Below the pieces are notes generated by a model that saw only the letters and a list, made by a program, of their open reading frames with translations, was not told the origin of the DNA and did not search any database. The position numbers were made by a program, and so were the translations under genes. Positions 1-11,900 of a DNA stretch of 64,000 nt are shown piece after piece. Source of the DNA: Negaprion brevirostris (lineage: Eukaryota); assembly GCA_030324005.1 (NCBI GenBank), contig JARDVH010000031.1, forward strand, positions 46,043,529-46,107,528, read 5' to 3'. The first letter of the stretch is position 1. Each line of letters starts with the position of its first letter.

Positions 1-1076
1 GGGGCTTTTCTCTTTAGCGCGGAGGAGGATGAAAGGCAACTTAATAGAGATTTATAGAAGAAACCGTACAGTACAGAAAGAGGCCCTTCGGCCCACTGTG
101 TCTGCACCAAACACAACCCCACCCAGGTCCTACCCCCAATCCCCTAATCTATGCATCTACAGTCAATTTAGCATGGACGATCAACCTGACCCTCGCATCT
201 TTGGACTGTGGGAGGAAACCCATGCAGACACGAGGAGAATGTGCAAGCTCCACACAGACAGACAGTGACCCAAGCCAGGAATCGAACCTAGGTCCCTGGA
301 GCAGCGAAGCAGCAGTGCTAACCACTGTGCTACCATGCCTCCCATTTATAAAATGATGAGGGGGATAGATAGAACGGACACGCAGAGACTATTTCCTCGG
401 ATGGATGTAGCTGTTACTAGGGGGCATAACCATAAAGGTACACGGTGGGAGATATAGGATGGATGTCCAAGGTAGATTCTTTACTCAGAGTGGTTGGGGT
501 ATGGAATACACTGCCTGCTGTGATAGTGGTGTTGGACACTTTAGGAACTTTCAAGTGGTTATTGCATAGGTACATGGAACACACCAGAATGATAGGGAGT
601 GGGGTAGCTTGATCTTGGGTTTGGACATAGCTCGGCACAACATCGAGGGCCGAAGGGCCTGTACTGTTCTATGTCTTATGAGGAAAGGCTGAGGGACTTG
701 TTTTTGTTAGAGAGAAGGTGGTTAAGAGTGACTTAATAGAGGCATATAAGATGATCAGAGGATGAGATAGGGTGGACGGTGAGAGCCTTTTTCCTCGGAT
801 GGAGATGGCTAGCACGAGGGGGACACAGCCTTAGATTGACAGGTGATAGATATAGGACAGATATCAGAGGTAGGTTCTTTACTCAGAGAGTAGTAAGTGC
901 GTGGAATGCCCTGCCTGCAACAGTAGTGGACTCACCAACATTAAGGGCATTTAAATAGTCATTGGATAAACATATGGATGATATTGGAATAGTGTAGGTT
1001 AGAAGGGCTTTAGACTGGTTTCACAGGTCGGTGCATTGACGTCCGAAGGGCCTGTACTGCTCTGTAATGTTCTATC
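1..1076 (+). mobile_element. Two tandem CR1/HER1 LINE 3' ends (about 1-673 and 676-1076)
   Basis: ORF2 C-terminal remnants (LFSL..RR..GDLIE.YKM, FFTQRVV..WN.LP) and tails gggccgaagggcctgtactg..ttctat. Confidence 0.85.
57..343 (-). mobile_element. HE1-type V-SINE inserted in CR1
   Basis: tRNA-like head (cagtggttagcactg, ggttcgattcc), V-domain and CR1-like tail; TSD atttata at 50-56 and 344-350. Confidence 0.9.
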
Positions 1077-1346
1077 ATCTGAAACTGACAGCAACTTTGC
1101 AGTCCACGTATCGACAGAATAATGCAGAAAGCCAGATCACTGCTATCAGTGATTCTCTCTGCAGATGAGCTGTTGAAGTCCTCCCAAAATGCACTCCTCA
1201 AATAGAAATCGCTGAACTAATGAGAACTTCCCAATTGCACTATTAACCTTTCTGTAACCTCTTGAAAAGTTACACCTTATTGAATGCAGTGTATCCAGGG
1301 TTTTGGCAGCATACTAAATTCAATGGCCCTCACGGCATAATTCTAT

Positions 1347-2046
1347 GGGCTGTATCTTATATGTCCTTGCCAGAGGTGTATGTAGCGGCAGGGGAGCATG
1401 TAGAACAGGGCAGGTATCCACCTTATAACTTACCTTGAGCTCACTTCCACAAGACAAGAACGGAGAGTGGATGGTAGTCATAATCAGCAGCCTGCCAGCT
1501 ATATTCAAACAGGTATTCAAGGGTCAATTAGGCTCATTATCAAGACATTTGACCCTAATAATGTACTGCCCATGTCATAAAATGTTTGGCATGGTCAGAA
1601 AGGCGTTAGCAGCAGTCTAATTTTATTTAAAGGGAACAGTCAAAGTGCAGGAAGGGTTTGATCATTGGGGGCTGTCCTTTTCAGATTCGGGAACAGCACT
1701 ACCACTACCCATCCCCCCACCACCCCTTCTTTGACCATTCCCCACAGCCTGAAATCCAAATCTCCGCCTCCTCCCTGATCATTCAAAACACTCTGTGGCC
1801 AACATCACAGGGTTAACAACTTCAGAGAGCCTTCGTCTTTGTCTTCTTGTAGTTCCAGCAGCAGCCTCGAACTCATGACACCGCCAGGACTGATGGAGCT
1901 GGTGGCCAATTGGATTAGCTGGCAGCTCCAGAGGGAAGAACATCCCACCCCCATGAGGTGCAGAAGTTCCACTTGGCCCTTATTAACCCCGAGTTCCCAG
2001 TATAGCTGTGGGGCAGGCCACCTGTCCCCTCTGTTTTATTCAGCCC
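1347..2046. mobile_element. Non-autonomous DNA transposon, PIF/Harbinger-like
   Basis: Termini gggctgtat / attcagccc with 3-bp tat on both flanks; GC-richer interior. Confidence 0.5.
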
Positions 2047-2614
2047 TATATTTATGTAATATTAAATTTCTCCATACATAGATAGGTTTCACGAATCAAT
2101 TTTTTCAGATTTACAATATTTTAACTTCTACTATAATCAAATATGCCCTATTTACCTCATCGTCTGTAAAATTTAAAACTACAGCTATTGGAATTTGGTG
2201 TTTTGGCTTGCTGGAATGTCATCTGTGTGAATATTTTAATGTGATTGACTGTCTGATAACATCCCCAATACTGGGACACCTGAGGGGACCCACACACACA
2301 CACTGAAGATTTGTGCATGACAAGTGAGTTTATGTTTGCGAATGAGTCCATGTGAGATCATGAGTCTGAGAGATAGCAAAAGCCCCGAGACTGGGAGTGA
2401 GTCACAAAATGTTCCCACAGAGCAAGCCAGAAGAAGAAGAAAACTCAGGTTGAAAGACAATCCACTTCAAACACCATTTTTGTATGACTTCTGCTGGTGC
2501 TAGCAAGGAGTGTGTGTCATTTGAGGTGATCGGAAGTTCAGTGTTAGTTAAACCTAACTGCTTAGCTCAGGCTCCCCGCCCCTTCTCATGACCAGGACTT
2601 GTGGCAGACTTTGT

Positions 2615-2740
2615 GGCCCTGATTTTATTGGCATGCCTACCCTGAAATCAGGACAGGTGAGGCTCGCAGAACAGCATTCCCCGTTGGCCTCAGGCCCGAT
2701 CTTACAAGCCTCAGGCAGTGATGCTGGTAAAATCAGGACC
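2615..2740. mobile_element. 126-bp MITE (Harbinger/Tourist-like)
   Basis: TIR ggccctgatttta / taaaatcaggacc; 3-bp TSD tgt. Confidence 0.65.
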
Positions 2741-3727
2741 TGTCTGCGTCTCTCTGCTTCATAAGTGAAAAGGCAAAAAAATTTTAGTGGTGAACTCTGG
2801 CACTTTTTAGTAGGTATTTTATTATTCTTTTTTGAAATCTTCATTTTATTGCTTAGGTATTGATTAATTTAAAAATTCATGTTGCGAAACCCTATTTTAC
2901 TGAAATCTAATCATTGGCCCTTTGAGAGAGAAAAATATTGAAATATGGACTCCCTTGCACGCGAAAGGTTGGACAAACCTGGAGTGAACAATTAACATTT
3001 CCAACCAATGCAGATCAACAGAGCTAACAAGTTTGAACTATTCAGATGGAACAAGTAGAACATGAATCAAAGGCAACCATGAGTTCCAGTTCTGATCAAA
3101 GCATGGAAGTACATAGAATAGCCACAAGCCTAATATCTGGCAAAGAATTAATTATTTGCTTTTTCAGCCTTAAAAGGACGCATCTGAGCTGCTAATAGGA
3201 CTACATAATAGTATAGTCAAAACTATAAAGGGTAAATTAGTGAATAGTACAGTGCCACACAAGGTTCAAAATATTAAAAAACAAATGAGTTGTACAGTTA
3301 TGTAACACAATTCAAACCATAATGCTGGATACATTATTTACTTAAATTTTTAAATTTACTTAAACTTTTGTTTCATCTTGAAATGAATCCCAATTATTTG
3401 GTAACCTGCAACTTATCTTGTTAGAAAATTAACTCTGACTTTTTTCCTCCAAAATGACAGAGAAGTATATTACTGATCATCAACATTACTCATTGTTGTA
3501 GCCATGTCGACCTGGGAAGATTTCAGAAATCAAGCTCATTACAAATATTCTTGCAAGAATCACTCCATTGTATCTTGTGCAGCAAGATTTAGATTCACAC
3601 TTCCTTTGTCAGCATTTAAATATCCCTGTTTAATAGTTTTCATTTGATTATTTAAGTAAATAATCAATAGCCACCGGCTATTGGTGGAGTGTAATCAGCA
3701 GATTGCATTGTTAACACGATTACTTAC

Positions 3728-3820
3728 TCTCAGCAAGTCATCTATTCTGCCTTCTTTCTTCTCAAGGTCCAGATTCTTATTGCTTTCAAGTGCAGCCAAT
3801 TTTCCCATGGTGAGTTCAGT
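3728..3820 (-). CDS. TLK1: TLK1-family coding exon, start of coiled coil: [31 protein letters not shown]
   Basis: 93 nt; acceptor ttttatgaag, donor gtaagt; [14 protein letters not shown] is conserved in TLK1 and TLK2. Confidence 0.97.
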
Positions 3821-4464
3821 CTTCATAAAAATAAGGCATTAATTATTACAATCAAAATATGCCAAAAGTGCATACATTGCAGGAAAACTTTTTTTAATCC
3901 TGTGCTCAAGGTTTGCATACTTAATTTACAATATATTAAAACTGCCAGTCTCAGAATGTCAAAAGGCACTGTAAATTTAACATTACATGGTAAATCGGAA
4001 AGAATGAAACTAAACCTGACATTATAGTAGAGCATTAATACCAGTCCTCAAATAGAAAAGGCAGCAAGACAGAAATTATGCAAGCAGCCTGCCTCTAATT
4101 TAAAAAGCAAGTGGAGAACTCATGGGAGCTCTAAAGTAAACAGAGTGCTAAAAAAAGAATAATAGTGAAAATGAATGATTAGATGTTAGAGACCCAACAT
4201 GACAAATGCCATGAAATTCCAACAGGATACAATTTCCCCTCCTTCCCCCACACAAATACGCCATCCCACTCTCCTTATCCATGAAGGCGGATGAAATAAT
4301 CATATACTCTCCACAACAAATTTAGAAAGGTGCAGCATCAAAAGTTATGGCAGGTGACATTTGGAACACAAACTGAAGGAGGTAGCAAAGGAAACCGCCA
4401 CCTCATTCACAAGTAGCAAGCTGTTCCAGCTCAATTCAAACAACACCGTTCAATCAGCATTTAC

Positions 4465-4560
4465 CTGAGTCGTCTTGCAGGAGATAGAAATTAGTTTTGG
4501 CTGTAAAACGGAAAGGTCCGCAAAAGCTAGTGCAGTGGGGGATGGACTATTTTGCCGAAC
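4465..4560 (-). CDS. TLK1: TLK1-family coding exon: VRQNSPSPTALAFADLSVLQPKLISISCKTTQ
   Basis: 96 nt; acceptor tttgttttag, donor gtaaat; matches TLK1 VRPNSPSPTALAFGD. Confidence 0.95.
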
Positions 4561-5059
4561 CTAAAACAAAAAAAAAATTTTACAACACTGAGTGGGGTAT
4601 TATACTGATAATTGCAAAGGAACAGGTAAATGACCCTCATTTTTAATAAGTGAAGACATGTGGACAAATGACTAGGGAATGCTGCTGAAAGTTAAATGAA
4701 ATTGAAAAAAACTAACTTGGTTATCTAGTTAAACATCTTTTGGAAAAATACATAAACGCTACCAACAAATTTTTGAATTGGTTGACGTAAACCAAGTTGC
4801 AGATCTTAAGCAGGGAAATCTGGACTAACTTGCTTCCAAATTATCTACCATGTCCAGTAAAGGGTTAACTGGTTAACTGTTTTGTCCAGATTTTCACTAG
4901 CGTGTGTATTTCAAAGGCTTGGCAGTGACTCATCACAAATAAAATTGTTAATAAAAAATTGCTGGATAAATTCAGGAGGCTGCTAGCATCTGTGGAGAGA
5001 GAGAAAGAGTTAACATCAAGTCTATATGACTTCGTTGGAGGTCATGTAACAAATGACTC

Positions 5060-5260
5060 AAAACCAGCTTCTTTCCTGCCATCAGACTTTTGAATGGACC
5101 TACCTCGCATTAAGTCTTTCTCTACACCCTAACTATAACTGTAACACTACATTCTGCTCTCTTTGTTCCTTCTCTACGTACGGAATGCTTTGTCTATATA
5201 GCATACAAGAAAGAATACTTTTCACTAAATACTAATACACGTGACAATAATAAATCAAAC
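5060..5260 (+). mobile_element. LINE 3' end (Rex1/Babar-like), dispersed repeat
   Basis: SFFP..IRLLN-type ORF end; 3'UTR ending gtgacaataataaatcaaa; similar copies at 53660-53870 (+) and about 20120-20310 (-). Confidence 0.6.
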
Positions 5261-5289
5261 CGAATAATATCTTAATTGAATAATGCTCC

Positions 5290-5905
5290 CTTCCGATGGG
5301 CTCCATCACCCTCAATGGCTGCTCAATCAAGCTGAACAAGTCATTGACAAGACCACCTCTTCACTTTTATCCATCTCCAGTAACATCCACATTTCTTGCT
5401 TCTGCACCACTGTACAGCACCTACCTCACCTGCACTACACTGAACCTTCCCCGTGATTTAGTCACTTGTAGACCTTTTTTGAATATTCTACTGCATTGGC
5501 TTTAACTTCTCTAGCTTTTGATTGGTCAAAACCTCTACTACCAGTGTCCTCTTACTTGCCCATCACAGCTCTGCTTAGTGACATAGATTAAGTCTCTGTG
5601 CCTCCAAAAGACTGGACTTATCTTCACCCTTACCTGCAAATTGCTTTATGTCTCAACTTTTTTGCAACCGTCTCCAGCCTTGTGACCCAGTTATCTTGAC
5701 CCTGGCTTTCTGCACACTCCTCCTACCTCAATTTTGCTATCCAGAACTTCCTCCCTAAACCTATCCAACTTTCTAATCTTTTTGTCTTCAAAAGTCTCAC
5801 ACCTCTAATCAAACCTTCAGGCCCCTCATAATTCCCCAAAGCTTCAAAATCTATGAAGTGCTGTGGGACATTTTCATACTTCAAATGGGTTACAGAAATA
5901 TAATT
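5290..5905 (+). mobile_element. Decayed L2-like LINE 3' portion
   Basis: Pyrimidine-rich ORF2 remnant; L2-type tail tgaagtgctgtgggacattt..aaatataa. Confidence 0.5.
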
Positions 5906-6577
5906 CACTGCCTTCAGTGGAATGAATAGGTATACCTTATAAGACAATCGGTGCAAATATACATGTGGTTGCTTAAAAAACCCAGAAGAGATCATTCATA
6001 TTACAAGACAGCATTCATTTTAAGGGTTTGATTTAAACAGCTTGGCAAACAATTGAATAGTTATTCTAATTACAGATGTGTCTTAAATTATGACTTGTGC
6101 TGTGTGATTACATTATGAAACATTTCCTGTCAATAATTTAGTTCGTTAAACATTTAAAAAAAAGGAAGAAATTCAATTCAGATCATACAAATAGACTTGA
6201 TGACATGCTTTTTTGATTGTGCAGGGTTTATTATTTTCTCCATGCCTAGATAATTCAAACAACATATTATTCAAATTGAAACCCATTCCTTTTACATTTC
6301 TCTGACACTTTACACCACCATGCAAGATTCATTTAATAAAGCTAAATAAATGCTCACTCCCCTTGTGCTCTTACACAAAGAAGTACGCAGAAATTTTTTG
6401 TTTGCTTTTAATTTTTTCTGCTTTTTAATGGAAATCATATAAGTCAGCTAACACTCAAAACTTAAAAATCAGAAAAGTTTTTGTTTTGCCAAGAATAGAT
6501 CTACAACCTTTTATACATATCAGTAACATGAGGTCAAGGTTTGCTAACAGTTTATGTACGGGAAATTTCAAACTTAC

Positions 6578-6670
6578 AGATGAAGTAGCAGAATGAGAAA
6601 AGGAATTCTGAGGGGATCGAATTGAAGGTGGCACTCCTCTCACTGGACTGGTACCATTACCGCCTGTGTA
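6578..6670 (-). CDS. TLK1: TLK1-family coding exon: YTGGNGTSPVRGVPPSIRSPQNSFSHSATSS
   Basis: 93 nt; acceptor ttttccag, donor gtaagt; matches TLK1 YQGGNGSSPVRGIPPAIRSPQNS. Confidence 0.96.
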
Positions 6671-6990
6671 CTGGAAAATTTGAAGAAAATCCATCCTGTA
6701 ATTCCTGTATTCTTGAGACATTCAGAAAACTAAAACGATCTTTATTAAGATAGTAGCCTCAACAAATTAATCCATTAAAATCAAACAATGCTATTGTAAT
6801 TAGCACAGGACAGGACATCATCAGCATAGCAAAACGGCAGAAATGGAATGCCAACAAATCACATTTACCGCAACTGCTTCTGAGGGACAAATATGCACCA
6901 AGTTTTAGAATTTGTATTGTCAAGTTTAAGTAAACAGAAATAAACATTTTGGAACATTCTATGATTCAAAATAATCTATATAGTGCTTAC

Positions 6991-7034
6991 ATCAAAATAG
7001 TCACTAATTTTATGTCCTCTTCCACCAGCTTTAC
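6991..7034 (-). CDS. TLK1: TLK1-family coding exon: (G)KAGGRGHKISDYFD
   Basis: 44 nt, phase 1-0; acceptor ttttctgttcag, donor gtaagc; GHKISDYF motif. Confidence 0.95.
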
Positions 7035-8739
7035 CTGAACAGAAAATAAAAATAATTATCTGATAATATACAACTGCATATAAATACTGTCAACTGAAGC
7101 ATTTATTTCCCAAATTATCTTTAACGTACTGTGAACAGACATCTAGTTAATCCTTGACAAACTACTGAACTTTGCAGGAACACATCTCATTGTTTATCCA
7201 TATTCCCCAAATATCTTACTTTAAAAGATACTACGCCATCCTGTTACATACATCCACCCACCACTAATGCAGAGTGCCAAGATCAATTGTCACATCAGAC
7301 ATCTTGTTTTCAAGAGCTGTTTACAACGTTTACAATGAAGCACCAATTTAAGTTCCTTCCGATTAGGAAATTTGCTATGCTGGGAATTACAAGGATGCAT
7401 TAGTAGCCTATTAGTGCAACACAACATGCTGAAACATCAAAGTGTTGCGTAACCATATAATATCAAGAACAGTATTATTAATCAACTAGTTAAAATTAAC
7501 CTGATTTTTGGGTTGGGAGAATCATCGTTTGGTCAGTAAATTCTCCATTTTATTTTAAACAATGCAATTTAGATTCCGTTCAATGACCCACTATTTGTCA
7601 TTCCTACACACTCGGAACTTGAACTAAATGTAATATGGTAAAATTCCAAAGATGTGCCAACATTCTTGCCAATGTGGAAAGATACCATCTGTATAAGCAT
7701 CTACGATTGCTTTGCAGCAAGGACACCAATCCACCATCTACACGGACACGGATGGGAAATTCATCAAGAATGTGCTATATATTCTACATAATCCTACATA
7801 CATATAAAGAACAAAGGAAAACACAGCAAAGGAAACAGGCCCTTCGGCCCTACAAGCCTGCGCCGCCCATTTTAACACTGAGTGCCTCATTCCAATCCTT
7901 CTTCTACCTACAACTTTTGTCTATATCTCGTGGACTCCACAATAAAGGGGTGCAAATTTAGAGAATTATATGATCTCCTTCACATTTAGAGATCAGAAAT
8001 AATTATTGTCCTTGGTAAAATTTAAGTTCCTTGCAAAATACAATACTGTAATAAATCTGGATTTTTCAAATTTAACCCACATGACAGAAGTCTTCATGAA
8101 TTTCTCAGCTCATCATTTAATGTGTAGAAGAATTAGTCCCAACTTTAATCTAGCGAACAGAATCAAACTAGCAATTGGTTTTATAGCTGGGCAATGAGAT
8201 CAGTCTGCCGATTTATACGATGTTCTCAGAAATGTTAAAACTGCCCTTGATTCAGCAATTTTGATTGCTCATTCCCAAATCAAGTGGGGCACGGTGACTG
8301 TCGTTTCTTTTCACCAATACCCAGCACATTAAAAGTACTGCGTCCCCAGTTCTTTCCAAATTCAAACTGCTGACCTGCAAGGTAATAAAAAATATATCAG
8401 TTATTACAACTCTCACACCTGGGATTATTTGGTAACAAGTGAATGCTTCAGAGAAATTAGGAACATGAGCAGGGGTAGGTCGATCCATCTTTCAATGAGA
8501 TCATAGTTGGTCTGTACCTCAGCGACATTTATTCACCTTTATTTAATTTTCCTTGATATCCTTATCTAATAAAATGCTTGTCAAAGTCCCAGCATCCACA
8601 GATTTTTGGGTGACAGATTTCCACCACCCTCAGTGCAGTCAAATTGCTTCCTGAATAACCAAACTCTGGTGTTAGAATTTGCCCCCCCTGCTGTTCTTCT
8701 GAATTCCTCACCAGAGCTCTCCCCAAGTCCTGCCCAAAG

Positions 8740-8940
8740 ATGTTGGTTTGGCCATGCTAAATTGTCCCTTAGTGTCCAGATATGTGCAGGTTAGATAGAT
8801 TAGCCATGGCAAATGTACAAAGTTACAGGGATAGCAGAGAGGAGGTGGGCCAGCAAAAGATGCTCTTTCAGAGAATCAGTGCAGACTCAATGGGCCAAAT
8901 GGCCTCCTTCTGCATTGTAGGAATTCTACGGTTCTATACT
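8740..8940 (+). mobile_element. Partial HE1-type SINE
   Basis: ggccatgctaaattgtcccttagtgtcc ... gcagactcaatgggccaaatggcctccttctgca. Confidence 0.75.
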
Positions 8941-9317
8941 AATGGACACTGGAAGTAATCCTGAGGTTCTGCTCTTCACGTTCCTCCTGGGCTTCTGAAA
9001 CTCTGACTGCAAGACTTTAAACTCTTTTCCTTCCTATCACATTAATTCCCACGTGGGCCACAAGTTTTCTTCCTTCTATAAAATAATCTGCAGGGTCTCA
9101 ACGATGTCCTTAACATTGGCACCAAAGAAATGAGACACCCAACCCTATTTCACCATTTTGATTCAAAGTGCTGGGCGCACTTGAGACTGGGAGTGTTTCA
9201 GATCCGATTTTAAAACCNNNNNNNNNNNNNNNNNNNNNNNNNNNNNNNNNNNNNNNNNNNNNNNNNNNNNNNNNNNNNNNNNNNNNNNNNNNNNNNNNNN
9301 NNNNNNNNNNNNNNNNN

Positions 9318-9659
9318 AAATATTGCAGAAAACTAAATGATCTCTATTAGAAGAAACAAAAGCAGAATAAACATTGTGACCCATCAGAAAATTCAAGAAC
9401 TGAAACGTTAATGCTGTTTCTGTCTTCACAAAACTGAGACATGTGGTATATGAGTATTTCTGACTTTTAAACTTTAAAGAAAACATTTCCATTACCTGCA
9501 AAGTTTAAAAGTCAGAAATACTCATATACCACATGTCTGTCAGCTTTGTGAAGACAGAAACAGCATTAACGTTTCAGTTCTTGAATTTTCTGATGGGTCA
9601 CAATGTTAATTCTGCTTTTCTTTCTTCTAATAGAGATTATTGAGTTTTCTGCAATATTT
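9318..9659. repeat. Long near-perfect inverted repeat (arms 9318-9475 and 9500-9659, 24-nt spacer)
   Basis: Arms are reverse complements apart from a few substitutions and one 2-nt indel; left arm abuts an N gap. Confidence 0.95.
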
Positions 9660-9749
9660 TGCTTTTGTATCTACCTGGATATGACAGAGAAGTGACATTT
9701 GCAGCTGTAAACAAATATATAGGTTACACGTGTGTAGAATTGTATAGAA

Positions 9750-11900
9750 TATACAGGACATTTGGAACAACTAGTCCATGCCAGTGTTGATGCTCCACAC
9801 AAGCATTCTTCAATCTTATTCATCTTAGCCCATATATATTCTTCTTTTTCATTTGTTCCTCTTATGTTAATCCAGCTTCTCCTTAAATACCTCTATTCTA
9901 TTTGTCTCAAGTGCTCTTTGTGGCAGGTTCCACACTCTAACTTTGAATAAATTTTCTCCTAAATTCCCTATTAGATTTATTAGTAATCATTTTATATTCT
10001 TGACATCTAGCGCATGTCTCCTTTTAGCAGAAACATTTATCTACATCCAGCTTACCAAATTTTATCATAATTATAAACAGCTCTATCAGGCCACCCCTCA
10101 GTTTTCCCTTTTCTAAAAAGGAAGTGTTAGTCCAGCTTGGTCAATCTATCTTGGTAGGATTTACAAGAATGATGAGCTTTCTTACATCTTTGCCAATCCC
10201 TTTATCATCTGGAGGTCAGAACTGTTGATAGCATTCAAAGTGCAGATTAAGCAAGGTTCGATATCAAATTAATATAACTTCCTTGGTTTTCAATTCCATC
10301 CCTCCACAAATAACTTCCAGTGGTTAGCTTGCTTTTGTTTATACTTTCAGCAATTTGTCCATCTGTGCCCTGGGCTTCTTTGCTCCTCTACCCTACTTAG
10401 TCATTTTCTAAGGGCAGCATGGACGCCCATCTTCACACATCTTGATTCAAAGCCTGTCCACCACCTACAAGACAGTGTGATAGTATACTCTCCACTTGCC
10501 TATATGAGCAGTTCCAACAATCAGAAAGCTCAACACCATCCAGGATAAGGCGTCCCATTTGATTGACACCACATCCAACACCATAAGCACTCAATGGCTT
10601 CATCAGGTGCACATTATGGCTACAAGATGGACTGCATAAATCCATCAAGGTTTTGTTGAAAGCAGCTCCCAAAATTTGTGACCACTACCGCCTTGAAAGA
10701 CAAGGGGAAGGTAATGTATGGGAAAACCAGCAGCTGTAAATCACATGCCCTCTCACTTGGAAACACATTTCTGTTGCTTCATCAGTGTCATCAAAATTCT
10801 GGAACTTCCTAAAAGCACTGTGGGAGTATCTACACCACAAAAACTGCTACGGTTCAAAAGGTGACTCACCATCACCTCCCTGAAAGCAATTAGGAATGAA
10901 TAAAAAATACTGTTGTTGTCAGAGAAGCCCATAAAAGAAAAGCAAGATTAGTCAAGCTCAGTTTTCCATTTTGAAATCTGTTCTACTTTATCTTTTGGTT
11001 CCTACATTTTTCCCTATTACATCTTTGTGTAATGATTCCTTTATCTTTCCTACCACTGACATTAAGCTACTTGATCAGCAGTTCCCTGAAATTGTTTCAC
11101 CTTCCCTCTTCAAATACAGGAATCAAGTTAACTGTGTGCAAGTCCTCTGGTACTATTCCTTTTTCAAGCGCATTTTTAATTGTATTAAATATTAGTGCCT
11201 TTGCTACCTCTTCTGAACATTTAATATAACTAGATGCAATACCCCCTCTTTCCATGCTGAATGCCATTACAGCTTTTCTGATCACTTCTAACTCCATGAC
11301 CACCTTGTTAGCAGCCTGGTAAGTACTGAGGAGAAGTAGTTATTCAACATTTTTGCCATTCCACAATTATTTGCAAACTTACTTTGTGCATTCTTTAATG
11401 TCCCTATCCCTACCCTTGATTCTTCTTGTATTATTTGTCTGTAGAATGTTCCTTTATGATTTAAAATTCATAATTCCAATTGTTTTAAATTTTTTCCTAG
11501 CCTCGTCATAGCACCTTGAATTTGCTGTCTACTTTTTATTTCAATTTTACTCATCTCTATTAATCCATGTATTTCAATATTGTCTAGTTTTGTTTAATAT
11601 ACTGAATTTATTGATAGCCTTAAAATATTTCTCACTGCTGTCATCATTCTTGGTTTTATTCTTATCCTCATAAAATTGAGATATTTTTGCAAATTTATTA
11701 CTTTTGTCTTACTTACATCTTTTGCAAATATTTTACATCTTTTGCAAATATTTTAAACCACATTGTGAAAATGTGGATAGGCCACAGATAGCTTAAACTA
11801 AATTGGATAGGTCTATCGAGGTTTTGAAATTACTGTCCATTAACCCAACTGGATTTTTCTACATGTATTTGATATGTCTCATTGCATGTCAGTCTGATTT
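9750..11900. mobile_element. Mosaic of old CR1-clade fragments (minus 9750-10430 and 10940-11900; plus-strand LINE 3' end 10430-10930)
   Basis: Minus-strand ORF GIVPEDLHTVNLIPVFEEG (RT N-terminus); the plus piece matches the family at 55840-56880. Confidence 0.6.

Noticed and set aside
280-343. tRNA-like sequence (also near 48690-48755)
   Set aside because: SINE heads; no complete cloverleaf
1-3727. Search for the next TLK1 exon (ANCDLRRQIDEQQK)
   Set aside because: Not found; presumably downstream of the window start
11685-11755. Short tandem duplication ttacatcttttgcaaatattt
   Set aside because: Ordinary slippage duplication in decayed LINE
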